The translations under genes were made by a program, and so were the position numbers. This document shows, piece after piece, positions 15,777-30,049 of a stretch of 64,000 nt of DNA. The notes beneath the pieces were generated by a model, which was not told the DNA's origin, ran no database searches, and saw only the letters and a program-made list of their open reading frames with translations. The first letter of the stretch is position 1. Every line of letters begins with the position of its first letter. Source of the DNA: the human T2T-CHM13v2.0 reference genome, Homo sapiens; NCBI RefSeq assembly GCF_009914755.1, contig NC_060941.1. The stretch is one strand, 5' to 3'.

Positions 15777-16495
15777 GGCCATTACTGCAGGGAAAAGTCC
15801 CGCAGAGCTGAGCAGTCATGATGTGTGACTTCACCGAGGACCAGACCACAGAGTTCAAGGAGGCCTTCCAGCTGTTTGACCGAACAGGTGATGGCAAGAT
15901 CCTGTACAACCAATGTGGGGATGTGATGAGGCCCCTAGGTCAGAATCCCACTAACACTGAGGTGGTCAAGGTTCTGAGGAACCCCAAGAGTAATGAGATG
16001 AATGTGAAGTTGCTGGACTTTGAGCACTTTCTGCCCATGCTGCAGATGGTGGCCAAGAACAAGGACCAAGGCACCTATGAAGATTACGTAGAAGGACTTC
16101 AGGTGTTTGACAAGGAAGGAAATGGCACCATCATGGGTGTTGAATTCTGGCACGTTCTTGTCACACTGGGTGAGAAGATAACAGAGGAAGAAGTAGAGGT
16201 GTTGGTGGCAGGGAACGAGGGCAGCAATGGTTGTATCGACTATGAAGCATTTGTGAGGCATATCCTGTCGGGGTGACTGGCCCATGGGGCAGAGCTCGTC
16301 CTTACGGTGCTGAATGGCTGAGGACCTTCCCAGTCTCCCAGAGCCATGTTGTCTTCCCCTGGTGAGATTTTCTATCTATCCTGAAGGCTCCCTAGGCTCT
16401 CTTATCACAGCGCCTTTCCCATATATTCTCTCTTGGATGATATTTGCCGTCAGCATTCATCAAATAAACTTGCTGTCTGTGCCTCCACCCAAAGG
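15777..16495 (+). pseudogene. MYL6: MYL6 (myosin light chain 6) processed retrocopy with an uninterrupted ORF at 15818/15821-16276
   Basis: The 151-aa MCDFTEDQ...AFVRHILSG translation matches MYL6 with ~19 substitutions against my recalled sequence. It is intronless, has the MYL6-like 5' UTR (attactgcagg...gagctgagcagtca), a 3' UTR with AATAAA at 16463-16468, and TSD aagccactcct at 15766-15776 and 16496-16506. The pseudogene number cannot be fixed from sequence alone. Confidence 0.96.
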
Positions 16496-17826
16496 AAGCC
16501 ACTCCTATACTCATACCTGCCATCACCACGTAGAACATCCTTGTTGCTTAGAAGCATCTAAATAGGACACTGTCTATACACACTCATGCACACATACACG
16601 AGAGAATAGAAATTTATCCCGTGTCCTCTCTACTTCCTCAAATCTGTGCTGAACAAACACTGGCAGTGCCAAAGATTCTAGAACTTAAATACTATTAAGT
16701 CATTTTGATATCATCAGAGTCAAAAGTGAAAAAAATATTGAGAGACAAGTGGCTTTAAGGATGCTTTGATGGCCCCTAAGTCATCTGTTTATTTCAAGTG
16801 TTGCCAATGGTAAAAAGAAACTTCTTCAGTTGAAATTAGGTTTGGTTTCCAAAGTATTCTTTCAAATAAAAAGAATCAAATTATCAACCTAATTTAAAAA
16901 GCTACTATATACACATGTGTACATGCATTCTACTTATGTATGTGTTCATGTGTGTTCACTTGCATGCTACATACACACGCAACAGACCTACAGCAACTTT
17001 CATCATCTTTCACCCCACTATGCTCGACAACATGATTTACACATAGTAGGCCTTCAGCCATTTTTGAAATGAAGTTATGGATGTTGTAATCAAAGTGCAT
17101 ACATATGACCACATACATATAGTTACTGACATCACCATAAAAGTGATTGATACTCCCTCAGAGAGCTTTCAGTTTCCAAAGTATATGCCAAAATGAATGT
17201 GCTCTGAGAATACGCTGGAACTGAGGGTCAGAAAATGTCCAGTTTCCATCTCCTGTCACAGCCCCAAACACTATTATTATTTGCGGAGGGCCAGTGATTT
17301 GCTTGGCACTGCACACACCTCACAGGAGAAAGCTCTATCTCTGCCCAGTGGGGTTTTAAGAACAGGGCTTGTAGGACATAAAAGACAAGTAAGAACTGGC
17401 AAGAGAGAGGAGCAATCTAAGCCTGTGGCTTAAAATGCCATTAAAATAATCATTAAAACCAGGTGCCTAACGCACCCCACAGTCTAGGCCAAAAACATAG
17501 GAAAATATAAGATTTTTCACCCTTTAACCACAGGTTCTTTGTGTAATTGGTAAGCATCAAGAAAGGGAGTGACAAATTCCTCCATAGGTATTCAGGGAGA
17601 CAGTTGTATTGTTGTGAGTGTTGTCATTATACATTATGTGCCCACAGTCTCATAGTTTATGCTGGGATACATACAAGAGCATGATGCATGGTGTGGACAG
17701 TTTTAGCAGCCAAAGAGGTATTCTCCAGGCTGCCTAGGATATAGCTTGTAAAGACTAACAACACCTTATCTAAGAAAAGTGAAGCCCCAAGTTGACAACT
17801 CTTGTTGTGCCATTTAAGGACCACAG

Positions 17827-17830
<4 letters not shown>

Positions 17831-17862
<32 letters not shown>

Positions 17863-18135
17863 GACAGAGTCTAGCTCTGTCACCCAGGCTGGAGAGTGAA
17901 GTGGCATGATCTGGGCTCACTGTAACCTCCACCTTCCGGGTTCAAGCGGGCACCTCCCTGCCTTAGCTTCCTGAGTAGCTGGGATTGCACGTGCCTGCCA
18001 CCATGCCCGACTAATTTTTGTATTTTTAGTAGAGGCAGAGTTTTGTTATGTTGCTCAGGCTGGTCTTGAACTCCTGACTTCTGGTGATCCTCCCGCCTCA
18101 GCATCCCAAAGTGCTGGGATTACAGGCCTGAGCCA
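17831..18135 (-). mobile_element. Alu (AluS/J)
   Basis: Long poly-T, then ggacagagtctagctctgtcacccaggctgg...gtgctgggattacagg. Confidence 0.92.
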
Positions 18136-18187
18136 ATGGATGACTTTTGATCATCCAAAGAAAGGCATCCTTCAATTGCCAATTTCA

Positions 18188-18553
18188 TGTCTTAGTGAGT
18201 GCAGGATGCTATCACAGAACACCATAGCCTGGGTGTCTTATAAGCAACAGAAATTTATTTCTCACAGTTCTGGAGCCTGAAAGTCTGAGATCAAGGTGCC
18301 AGCATGGTCAGCTTCTGCTGAGTGTCCTCTTCCAAGTTGCAGATGGCCATCTTCTCATTGTATCATCACATAGAGGAAAGAGGACAAGAGGGATCTTTGG
18401 AGTATCTCTTATTGGGGCACTAATTCCATTCATGAAGGCTCCACCCCTACAACCTAATTACCTCCCAAAGACCCTACCTCCTAATACCATCACAGTGAGG
18501 GGTAGGATTTCAACATGTGAGTTTTATGGGATGAAAACATTCAGTTCATAACA
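18188..18553 (-). mobile_element. MLT1A-like MaLR solo LTR
   Basis: tgtcttagt...aacagaaatttatttctcacagttctgga...cattcagttcataaca. Confidence 0.8.
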
Positions 18554-18605
18554 TTCCTCAAATAGGAAAAGCATGTCAAGAATCCTCTGAAGAGATGCCA
18601 GCCTG

Positions 18606-19360
<755 letters not shown>

Positions 19361-19459
19361 TAGTGAAATTTTAAAAAATCATTCTCTCAAAATGGTCTTA
19401 ACAATAGACACATCTAGGATCCTGCCACATATTCTAACCCTTTCAGAAAGTATCTGGTA

Positions 19460-19768
19460 AGTCCAACTGTGGTGGCTCATGCATGTAATCTCAGCACTTT
19501 GGGAGGCCAAGATGGGAGGATCACTTGAGCTCAGAAGTTTGAGACCAGCCTGGGCAACATGGGGAAACTCTGTCTCTACAAAAATACAAAAATTAGCTGA
19601 GCCTGGTGGTTCATGCTTGTAGCCCCTTCTACTCAGGAGGCTGAGCTGGGAGGACCACTTGAGCCCAGGAGGTTGAGGCTGCTGTGAGCCATGATAGAGC
19701 CACTGTACTCCAGTCTGGGTAACAGAGTGAGACCCTGTCTCAAACAAAGAAAAAGAAAAAAAAAAAGA
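19460..19768 (+). mobile_element. AluJ
   Basis: gggaggatcacttgagc...gctgctgtgagccatgat; flanked by the repeated agaaagtatctgg (TSD). Confidence 0.9.
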
Positions 19769-20657
19769 AAGTATCTGGAGATACTTTTGAAGCAAATAGG
19801 TCTTGTATATTCCCCCAAAGACAGAGCCTACAGGTATAAGATATGTTAACAGTATCTCTGTTTAAAATACCACCTATGGAACTTCTGAAAAAGTAGCATT
19901 TTTTTTCCCCAAAGAGCTCTGTACTAGTTCAGAACTCCCAGGCAATGTATCACATATGGCTCAAAAACTAATCCTTAAGGTCATCCTGAATAATTCTTCC
20001 CACTTCTGCTTGTGATTATTAATCACACCGATCCGTGAGTACTGTTAGAGTAAGTGCTTCTGCCTTTTTCCCTACGACTTTAACAGACAAGGTCTACATG
20101 TATAAAATCAAGATCGTTTTCCTGACCTTGGATAGCTCTAAGTATGCCTAGAGTTTAAGTTTCTGTACTGTTACAGGTTTGCTTCTGATACCTTCTTCCC
20201 AGACTACTGAATAACAAGTTGGCTTTGTTTTTTTTGTTTGTTTGTTTGTTTTTTGGTTCGGTTTTGCTTCTACAGTTAGCATCCTAGGTTCTGACCCCCA
20301 AGTTGCCATGCAGATAAAAGCTGGCCTGGCTACTAAAATCTCCTCCTACATTCCAGGAATTGTTCTTCAGTTCCATGCACCAATGCTAAGGTAGGCAAAA
20401 TAATTTCCATGCCAACTTGGGCTCCACCCTGCTACCTAGGAAACAAAGCAGAACCAACTTTAGCTTTCCATGTCTTACAGAGATTTTAACAATCCTGCTT
20501 TTGTTGTTATTGTCTCACTCTCTGTTCTGCAGATATTTAAGATCAGTCCCAGAGGGATAAGGGATACCTAGAGATCAATGTCAACGGCATGGAGACTGAT
20601 CGACTCTGCCGTATTCAAAACTCTCCTGATGGAGAAAATGGGACTAGATTTAATTCC

Positions 20658-21024
20658 TTGTTATGAACTGAATGTTTGTTCCCCCAACCTCCACCCCTCA
20701 CAAATTTACATGTTGAAATCCTAACCTCCAATGTGATAGTATTAGAAGGTAGAGCCTAGGAGAGGTAACTCAGTAATTAGGTTGGAGCCCTCATGAAAGG
20801 GAATAGTGCCCTTATAAAAAGAGAGCCCGTAGAAGTTTCTTACCTTTTTTCCACCACATGTTGACACAATGAGAAGGCAAGGGTTTGCAATCGAGAAGAG
20901 GGCCTTCACTACGTTGGCACCCTGATCTCAGCCTTTCAGCCCCCAGAAATGTGATGAATAAATTTCTGTTGTTTATAAGACACCCAGGCTATGGTAGTTT
21001 GTTATAGCAGCCTGAACTAAGATA
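20658..21024 (+). mobile_element. MLT1A-like solo LTR
   Basis: tgttatgaactgaatgtttg...aataaatttctgttgtttataag...aactaagata. Confidence 0.8.
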
Positions 21025-21322
21025 TCTTCTGCCTTCAACAGCTAGAAAACTGAATACAATACACAAGGAAACAGTTTTTAGACATTGAAAAACTGGTAGC
21101 ACAGTACTGTGATTCCTGAGAGAGGGGACACAAAAGAGGTGAGTCTCATACTTTCTTCCAGAACTGACTGGAAGTGGTTTATATACCATAGCAGTATATA
21201 CCTATCACTAGGACCATCCCAAACATAGCATGGTGGTTTCACTGAGTTAGGTAAAGATTGATGTTCAGCCAGACTCAGGTGGCTTTAATTTTCAGCGTAG
21301 AGTACCAAAAAAGAAGGAGGTT

Positions 21323-21675
21323 GCTATGAATGGAATTGTGTCCCCTCAAAATTCATATGTTGAAGCCTTAACCCCAATTTAATGTTGGAGGTGGAGCATT
21401 TGGGAGGTAACCAGAGTTAGAAGAGGTCATGAAGGTGGGTCTCCATGTTGGGACTGATGTCCTTATAAGAAGGGGAAAACAGAGCTCTCTCTCTTTCTCT
21501 ATCATGTAGAGACACAGCAAGAAGGCCACAACTCAAGGACAGAACCCTGACCAGACACCAACTCTGCCAGCACCTTGACCTTGGACTTCCCAACCTTCAG
21601 AGCTGTGAGAAATTTCTGTTGTTTGAGCCACCTAGTTTATGGTATTTTGTTATATAGCCCAAGTTGACTAAGACA
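21323..21675 (+). mobile_element. MLT1A/B-like solo LTR
   Basis: tgctatgaatggaattgtgtcccctcaaaattcatatgttgaag...gactaagaca. Confidence 0.8.
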
Positions 21676-22249
21676 AAGGTGTGTAGAGCAAGAACTCTCA
21701 GAAATCATAATGTGGTCCTTTTGAATCTGTTATTAATATAAAATTGCACATGCATGTATGCTATGAAACTATGTAAGGCAGTGTACCAGGGAAATAAAAG
21801 TTACATAAAGCAGAATGCCAGGGAAATATATGCTAAACAATTAGCAGAGTTCACACAGGGCTGGAAAATGCCCTAGTTACTATTCACCAAAATGCAGAGT
21901 CCTCATGGAATACCTGGACATTAGATGGTGATCCCAGGAAAGTCACACCTTAGTAGTGACTCAGACTTTGCCTTAGAGTAAAGAGTACTCTAAACCCATC
22001 ATGACAAAGCTTAAAAACAAGCTTCAAATGGAACAGGCTCGACTAACTACTCAACATTAACATCCTTTAAAGACATACAACAAACATCAGGGCAAAAGCA
22101 AACAAACAAACAAAAAACAGTCATAATGACCAGGAAGATAATGTTGTCCATAATCAAGACAAAAATCAGTTAATAGAAAATGACTCATATAGAGAAGATG
22201 AAAAAATGGCATTAGCAGGACTTTGAACAGCTATTAAGGAAACGATAAT

Positions 22250-25200
22250 TACATTCCAAAACTTAAGAGAAAATTAAGCAGCACCTTTTCGAATAACATA
22301 TGAATAAAATAATAAATCAAAACCAAAGTTATAAAATATGCTTCACTGAGAAGAAATTTTAAAATACACATCAAAATTTGTGGAATAGAGCTAAAAGGGC
22401 TTAGAGAACAATTCATAGCATTAAAATTTTATATTAGAAAAGATCTAAAATCAATGATCTAACCCTCCACTATGAAAAATAACCTAGATTAAAGAGAACA
22501 CATTAAATGTCACATACATAGAAATGAAAAAATACTAATGAAAAATGTGCAAGTCAATGAAATAGAAAATGAACAAATAATAGAAAAAATAAATAAAACC
22601 AAAATTTTATTCTTGTTACAGAGCAGTAAACTGGTAGACTTAAAGCTCTAGAGAGAAAGAGGAGAAGGGAAAAGGAGAAAAAAAGGGTGGGAGATGGGGA
22701 GAAAGAGAGACAGACAGAGAGTAACAGAGAGAATAAACAAATTATCAAATTACCAACATCAGGAATAAAAGTGGGGACATCACTAGAGATGCCACAGAGA
22801 CTAAAATAATAAGGGAATATTTCAAACAACTTCATAATAAATTTGACCACTTAGATAAAACTAAAAAATACCTTGAAAATCATAAATTAAGAAAACTGAC
22901 TGATGAAGAGATAGAAAATTTGAATGATTAATGCCAATGAAAGATACTGAATTTGTAAGTAAAAATCTTCTTAGAAAGAAAATTCCAGTCCCAGATGGCT
23001 TTATTGGTTTTGGCCAATAGTATTTTCCAAATATAGTTGCATTAATATCTTTTATCACACATGCTCTTTTGAAGCCTTGTCACACTCCATAAAGAAACGT
23101 AATATGATTCTTTTTTTTTTGTATCTGAGTGATTGTAGGACTTGCTTTTAATTAATAGAATGTAGTAGAATTACACTGCTTAACTTCCAACTCTAGTTAT
23201 AAAAGGTGATTCCAATATATAACAATGAGAAGATATGGGAAAGCTACCCATATATCTTTTGGTTGAGAGCCAGCATCAACCACCAGACATGTGAGTTGAG
23301 TCTGGTCCTCAGATATCAAGTGACTTTAGCCTTTGAATCTAGCGACCTGAGGCACACAAAGTAGAAGAGCAAAGATAAGCCATCTCTGCTGTGGTCTGTC
23401 TGAATGCCTGACTCAGACTCTATGTGCACTAAAAAAAGGTTGTTTGAAACTCATCAATTTTAAAGTGGTTGGTTATGCAGCAATAGAACTGAAACACAAT
23501 TCTGTAAAATATTTAAGGAATATTTAGATTTATTACAGAAAAGTAAGTTTGCTGTAACATTCAAAAGATCAAATTCATCATATTTACAGAATAAAAAAGA
23601 AACACCATACGATCATCAAAAATGCAGGAAATTAAGTTGACAAAGTTTGATAGCTATTCATTATTTATGTTTTCAGAAATTAGGAATAGAAGGAATTTTC
23701 CCTAGTCACGTAGGGGTTTTGATGAAAAAACAAGCTAACATAATACTAACATTACATTTAACAGTAAAAGAAGTGATGATTTCCTTCTGAGACTAGGAAC
23801 AAGACAATAGTATCTACTGTTTTCATTTCTATTCAACATTGTGCTACAGATCCTTGTCAATTCAATAACAAAATAATAATAAGTAAAAGGCATACATATT
23901 GGAACAAAAAAAGTTAGACTTCCTTATTTGCAAGATGATATGATTACCTATCTAAAAATTCCAAACAACCTACAAAATAACAAAAAAGGCACTAAGTAAG
24001 TTTGTCAAATGTATGCAAATATAAATTGTTTTTTATATGCCACCAATGAAGCATTAGAAATTAAAATTTTAAAAATACTATTACAATTGCAATTAAATGT
24101 TTAAGTATAAATTTAACAACACGTGAGCATGAGCTGTACACTAAAAACTGCAGAACATTGCATAAACTACAAAACAATGCTGATGCCTAAATAAAATGGA
24201 GAGTTATAACATGTTCATGGATTAAAAGACTCAATATTGTTAAGATTTCTATAATTTTACTTATAAAATTAATGCAATCCCAACCAAGTTAACAGCCTAT
24301 ATTTTAAATATAACCAAGTCTACATTTTTTTAAAAATTGACAAGCTAAGTTGAAAATATATATGGATATGCAAATAACCTACAATAGCAGGGAAAAAAAA
24401 TTACAAAGAGAATAATATCTGATTTTATTACTTATTCTTAAGTGTGCTGTTATCATAAAAATAGAAATATATATTAGTGGAACAGAATGGCAAGTGTATT
24501 AGTCAGTTCTCACACTGCTATAAAGACATATCTGAGACTGGGTAATTTATAAAGGAAAGAGGTGAATTGACTCACAGTTCCACATGGCAGGGGAGGCCTC
24601 AGAGAACTTACAATCATGGTGGAAAGGGAGGAGGCACATTTTACATGGCGGCAGGCAAAAGAGAGCAAATGAATGAAGGGGGAAGAGCCCCTTATAAAAC
24701 CATCAGCTCTTGTGAGAACTCACTCAATGTCACGAGAACAGCATGGGGAAAACTACCCCCATAATCCAATCACCTCCCATTAGGTCCCACCCTTGACACA
24801 TGGGGATTAGGGGAATTAAAATTTGAGATGAGATTTGGGTGGGGACACAGTGCCAAACCATATCAGGGAGTCAGAAATATACCCACACATATATGTGGCT
24901 ATGTATATATGTTAACTTTGACAAAGCTACCAAGACAATCCAACAGAGAAATGGATAGTCTTTTGCACAATGATATGGGGATAAGTATTTATACATACAG
25001 AACAGTGAGCCTTGACTCTTCCCTTCCACTATATAAAATATTAACTTGAAATGCAACATAGATGTAAACTTCCAAAAGAAAATATAAAACTTTCAAAAGA
25101 AAACAAGAGAAATCTTTACAAACTTGGAATAGGTTAAGATTTCTTAGGTAAGTCACAAAGAATACAACTAATAAAAGAGAAATGGGCAACTTAGACTTCA

Positions 25201-26140
25201 TCATAAAAAGAGAGAAAACATTCGCCCTTTGGAAGGAAGATACTGATAAGAGAATGAAATAGCAAACAGACTGGAAGAAAATATTCGCAATAAATATATC
25301 TGGTATAGGAATTATTTCTAGAATATGAAGAACACTTGAAAAATCAGTAATAGATCAAATAACCCTACATAAAAATGTTTTGTTCCAACACTTCACAAAA
25401 GAAGATGTATAAATAACCATAAGGACATTAAAATAAACTCAGCATCTTTATTCATCAAGGTAATGCAAATTAGGACTACAAATAGATATCATTATAACCC
25501 CACTATAATGGCTAAAATTAAAAAGCTTCTCTGTCCCAAGAGTCAGCAAGTATGTAGGACAATTGTTCCACACTGCTGGTAAGAATGTGAAATATTACAA
25601 CTAGTCAGGAAAACAGCTTGTCAGTTACTCTAACAAGATAATCATACACTGACCATCAGCCATGGTACTCCTAGATATTTGACCAAAATAAATGCAAACA
25701 CATATCTACAAAAAGAGTAGTACATGAATGTTTGTGAATGTTCATAGCACCTTTATTTGCCATAGCCCAAATGAGAGAAAACCCAAATGTCCATCCACAG
25801 GTGACTGGATAAATAAATGTGGCATATCCATGAAATGAAATTACGATAAGCAATGAAAAGAATATACTACTTTTATGCAACAACATGGATGAATCACAAC
25901 AACACTGGCTTTACACAAGAGAGTATAAACTCTAAGATTATAATTACATGAAACTGCAAAAAATTCAAATCTAATCAGTGGTTGCCTGTGGTCAGAGGTT
26001 GAAGAATTGAAATTGACTACAAAGGGGCACAATTTTGGGGCTGATAAATGTTCTATATTTAGGTTGTGGAGGTGATTACACAGAGTTATATTTTCAAAAT
26101 TTCTCAAAGTATATGCTCAAAATGGGTGCAGTTTATGTAA
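22250..26140 (+). mobile_element. Old L1M (MC/MD/ME-type) ORF2 and 3' end, interrupted by LTRs
   Basis: Degenerate L1 ORF2 phrases (ctattcaacattgtgctacag, catgttcatggattaaaagactcaatattgttaag, ccaaatgtccatccacaggtgactggataaat). Contains an MLT1-like insert at ~23020-23500. Confidence 0.75.
24495..24865 (-). mobile_element. MST/THE1-family (MSTA-like) solo LTR
   Basis: tgtattagtcagttctcacactgctataaag...gagatttgggtggggacacagtgccaaaccatatca. Confidence 0.88.
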
Positions 26141-29110
26141 CTTATACATATTTAACTTATGCCCCAGTTGATAATTTCTTATCTTCTCCCAATACCAAAA
26201 TACATACCCATCCACAAACTCTGCCTACACCACCCCTATCCATATGCTGTGTCTGTGGACTCTTTTCTTGGGTGAGTTCCTTCCCAAGTGGTGCCTAAAC
26301 AATTTAAGCAAATAGGACCCTGGGTACTGAGGTACTTTGTAAGCCCTGTCTGTATGTTTGGCCATATGAGTTTAGATATTATTCAATTTTACTCCCTCTG
26401 GAATTTGCAGCTATTCAAATCTACACAGTAATGAATGACTAAAAGCTAGTGGCAAAAGACAAGTATTTAAAGAATGACAGAAACAGGAAGAAATGCGTAT
26501 CTGGGGAAAGTCATTAACTGTCTTTCCTGTGATGAGTGACTTCCAGAGGGCAAGAACAAATATGTTCTACATCAAAGTATCCCTGTATACTTTTGAAGGA
26601 AGTTATTTCTGTCTGCTCAAAGATTTTATGAAATGCTATACTTGGTGATAAGTTACCACTCTTCCACCCCCTCACTGGCATAGAATTACAACACAAGAGA
26701 ATAACAATTAAATATTATTTGAGCTGTGGTTTAGAATGCATATATTTAGGACTTTAACAGAAATGACATTGGGTGGCATTTGCTGAAGAGCGGTATGACA
26801 TGAAAATCAAATCCTTGAGAAAATAAATGACCACTCTACCAGAATGCTTAAGGTCAAGTCTATGGAGAACATTGTACCATCTTACAACTATTTTGATCTT
26901 CAGTATTTTTCTTTTTTGAGAAACATTTCTCTGATTTCCTTTTATTTAGACTTGTAGTTGAAGCAGCAGGCAAAAATAGCAGGCCCATAAAAGATCTTTT
27001 CTCCATTGATGTATATACGTTTCTTGATCATTTCTATAAACTCAGAAAGTCACATGGATATTCCAAAAATGGTGTCATATGAAAAAGTCATTTCCATCAT
27101 AGTTTGTGATATTTTTCTGTATGTGCAGTTCATGTATTATATTCACTATGGTGTCATTTCATAGAATGAGGCTCTCTGGGTAGCAGGAGAAAACGCTAGG
27201 CAAATAGGGAAAACATCTGAGATTAAAAGTTTTCCAGGAAATATGTCATAAGGCAACACTAAGTATATGAATCATTGAAAGAGAACTATCTGGAGATCTC
27301 TGGGGACAAAAACTTCTAAGAATCATAAAAATGTGTTATCATGATTCCTGCTGGTAACTTGAGCCAACTTCAAAGCTTTCTTTCGGGGATTATGCCAAGA
27401 GTACCCATTATCAGAAAGGAGTAATTAGAGTGAATTATTATTATGTCCAACCTGCCTTAGATGGAGTACAGCTGCTGAGTCACACTATAAAAATGAAATT
27501 GGAGCATTCACCTGCTTATGTAGTTTGTTTGAATTGTATATCTGGTTTTCAAAGCCTGAACAGTGACACCAGAAAAATAAAAAGTCATCACAGAGTTTAG
27601 CAGACATCAGATTTGAATGCCCTCTTCTTATGTATTGCAACAAGGCAATATAATTTTCTGGACATTTTTAACACTTTAAAGATTAATTAGTTTTCATGGG
27701 GTGTTATTTAAACATAGAAATTTTATTCTATCATAAAAATAACCATTGTTCCCAGATGTGTCTGTTTAACTGTATTTATAGTGCTTGCAGTTGCAGTTCC
27801 TGGAGCCTCACTATCTGCTGCAACTGCTTCATAAAGGAAAATTTAGACAGAAGGTCACAATATAATAAAATCCTTTCTCATTCACTTCTGCAATGAACTT
27901 GAAAGGAACAGGTGCATGGTCTGGGAGGAAGACTGATTGATGATTGATTATCCAAAAGATTGCTTCTTTTTTTTTTCTTATTTTTCTTCTTTTCCTTTCC
28001 CACTCAGTAGGTTCCCCAAAATATCATGAGAAAGCAGTTTAATACAAACAGATACATCTTACTCTAGTTAAAAAAACAATTATGAAGAAGTAGAATGACA
28101 TAGACAACTGATAAAAGAAGATGTAACTCATTTTTTCCCTCATTTTTGATGCATACACATCTGGGAATTTCATACACAAAGTTAAGGAAGTAAACAGATG
28201 TCTGCTGTTGATCGCCATCTCTGGTGAACTTTCAGAGCCCAGCAGTAATTTGCCCCGTGGCTCTCTCCTTATCAGAAGGGCATTATAAACTCTCACCTGG
28301 GAGTGAGCACCGCAGCCTGCCCAAGCAACATTCATCTGGCATCAATCCTGGTCATAAAACAAGCCCATGAGTAATATAACAGCCCAGGTGTCTACAATTT
28401 CCGACTTCCAAACCATCTGAAAGCATGCAACAACTTTCAAATCACGGTTTCCCTATCTCTATTTAAGGACAGTGAAGAGAACTCTAAGAATTGTAACCTA
28501 GTCCCAGACATACTTTGGTTGAGTGTAACACTCTTGCTCATTTCCCATCAAGACAGCAAATACTGTGAGTGATCAAAAAGGAATGACATACTCCAGGAGT
28601 GTAAAAGCAACTGGACCAATATCAGCAATGCAGGTTGCATAACCAGCAAATGCCTGATCTTGAAAAGATTGTCTTGACTTGCCAATGTGTTCTTCATTCA
28701 ACAGCTAGGAGAGTATGTTGGTGGTACCCAGACCAAGAAGCCTCGAACATCTGAAGTGGTTTACACTGCTAAAGACAAGACAGCAGTTGTGATCAAAAAC
28801 ATTTCTAGCTGAATATATATTTTTGTCCTGGGTTTGAAGACACAAAAATAATGTATAGACCCTAAAGTTTATACTTATTTTAAAAATTAGGGAAAGAGAA
28901 CTAGATAGAGGTGATGGTTGCAAAATGTTGCGAATGTACTAAATGCCACTCAATTGTACACTTTAAAATGATTAATTTTATGTTGTGTGAATTCCATCTT
29001 AATAAAAAAGAATTTTAAATGGTGAGAAAACATTTACATAAGGAATTAAGGCCAAAACACTCTGGGAACAATTCCTAAATAATTCTTTCATTCCACAAAC
29101 TTTTTTTGCA

Positions 29111-29246
29111 CACTTATAAGCAAAGTAAATACTAAGTAAAGCAATACTAAGGTATGGGACTTAGAAAATTAAGACACTATAAAGCAAAGTAAATACTAAG
29201 TAAAGCAATACTAAGGAATGGGACTTAGAAAATTAAGACCCTTATA
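29111..29246. repeat. 64-bp tandem duplication (2 copies)
   Basis: caaagtaaatactaagtaaagcaatactaagg[t/a]atgggacttagaaaattaaga starts at 29121 and 29185. Confidence 0.92.
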
Positions 29247-29369
29247 TTCTCATCCTTCAAAATCCCCAGAGGATTTAAAGCCAGGATACCTAGTCTTTTG
29301 TTGTTGTTGTTTTTGTTGTTATTCTAATAAAGACTTCTGGGAAAGAAAATCTTTTCTCGGTCTTATCAA

Positions 29370-29580
29370 GCTAAGGTTCTAGGGTTAGACAGCCTGGCTT
29401 CCATCTGTGCAAGTCTAAGCATGCTGGTTAACCTCAACAAGTCTCACTTTTCCCATGAAAAAAGGAAGACAATAAAGAGATCAAACCTCAGAAGGATGTT
29501 TTGAGGATTTAGATAACACAGGTAAAGCATGTAGTATAATACTAGCATTAAATTGATATTAAGCTTGATTGTTGACATTA
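29370..29580 (+). mobile_element. MIR
   Basis: ttagacagcctggct...ttaacctc...ttttgaggatttagataa...gtaaagcat. Confidence 0.6.
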
Positions 29581-29865
29581 TTATGTAGCTTTATCATTTA
29601 TGTCAATATAATGTTTAAAATTGTTTTTGCTTCCTTTATTTTTCAGCACATTTCCATGATTGTACAGTATATCTTAATGATAATGAAATCAGCAGCTCTG
29701 AATCAAATTAATTTTTAAAAGATTCTAAACGTGGTGTATCTTACTGGTATAGTAACCATGATACTGGTATAGGACCGTGATACCATAGATTCAACTAACT
29801 AGTTAAGAGCTCAATAATCAGTTAATTCTTTTCTTTTCCTTCAAGTCTCCCCATTCCTAACTGTT

Positions 29866-29899
<34 letters not shown>

Positions 29900-30049
29900 A
29901 AAACAGAGGAAACTCTGTTACCTCCTAAGATAGGCTTGCTGTCTTGTAAAATAGCATTCAAGCTAGTGAAAGTTTTGGGGGAGAATAAGAGTGAAATAAA
30001 TACATCTACTTCTACTTGCAGTTTATTCTTTTTCTTTTTTTGTGAAAAA

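Noticed and set aside
15935-16285. 116-aa antisense ORF
   Set aside because: It is a shadow frame opposite the MYL6 retrocopy with no independent homology.
29111-29246. Repeat-spacer (CRISPR-like) interpretation of short duplications
   Set aside because: This is eukaryotic DNA with only two adjacent copies, no unique spacers and no cas genes.
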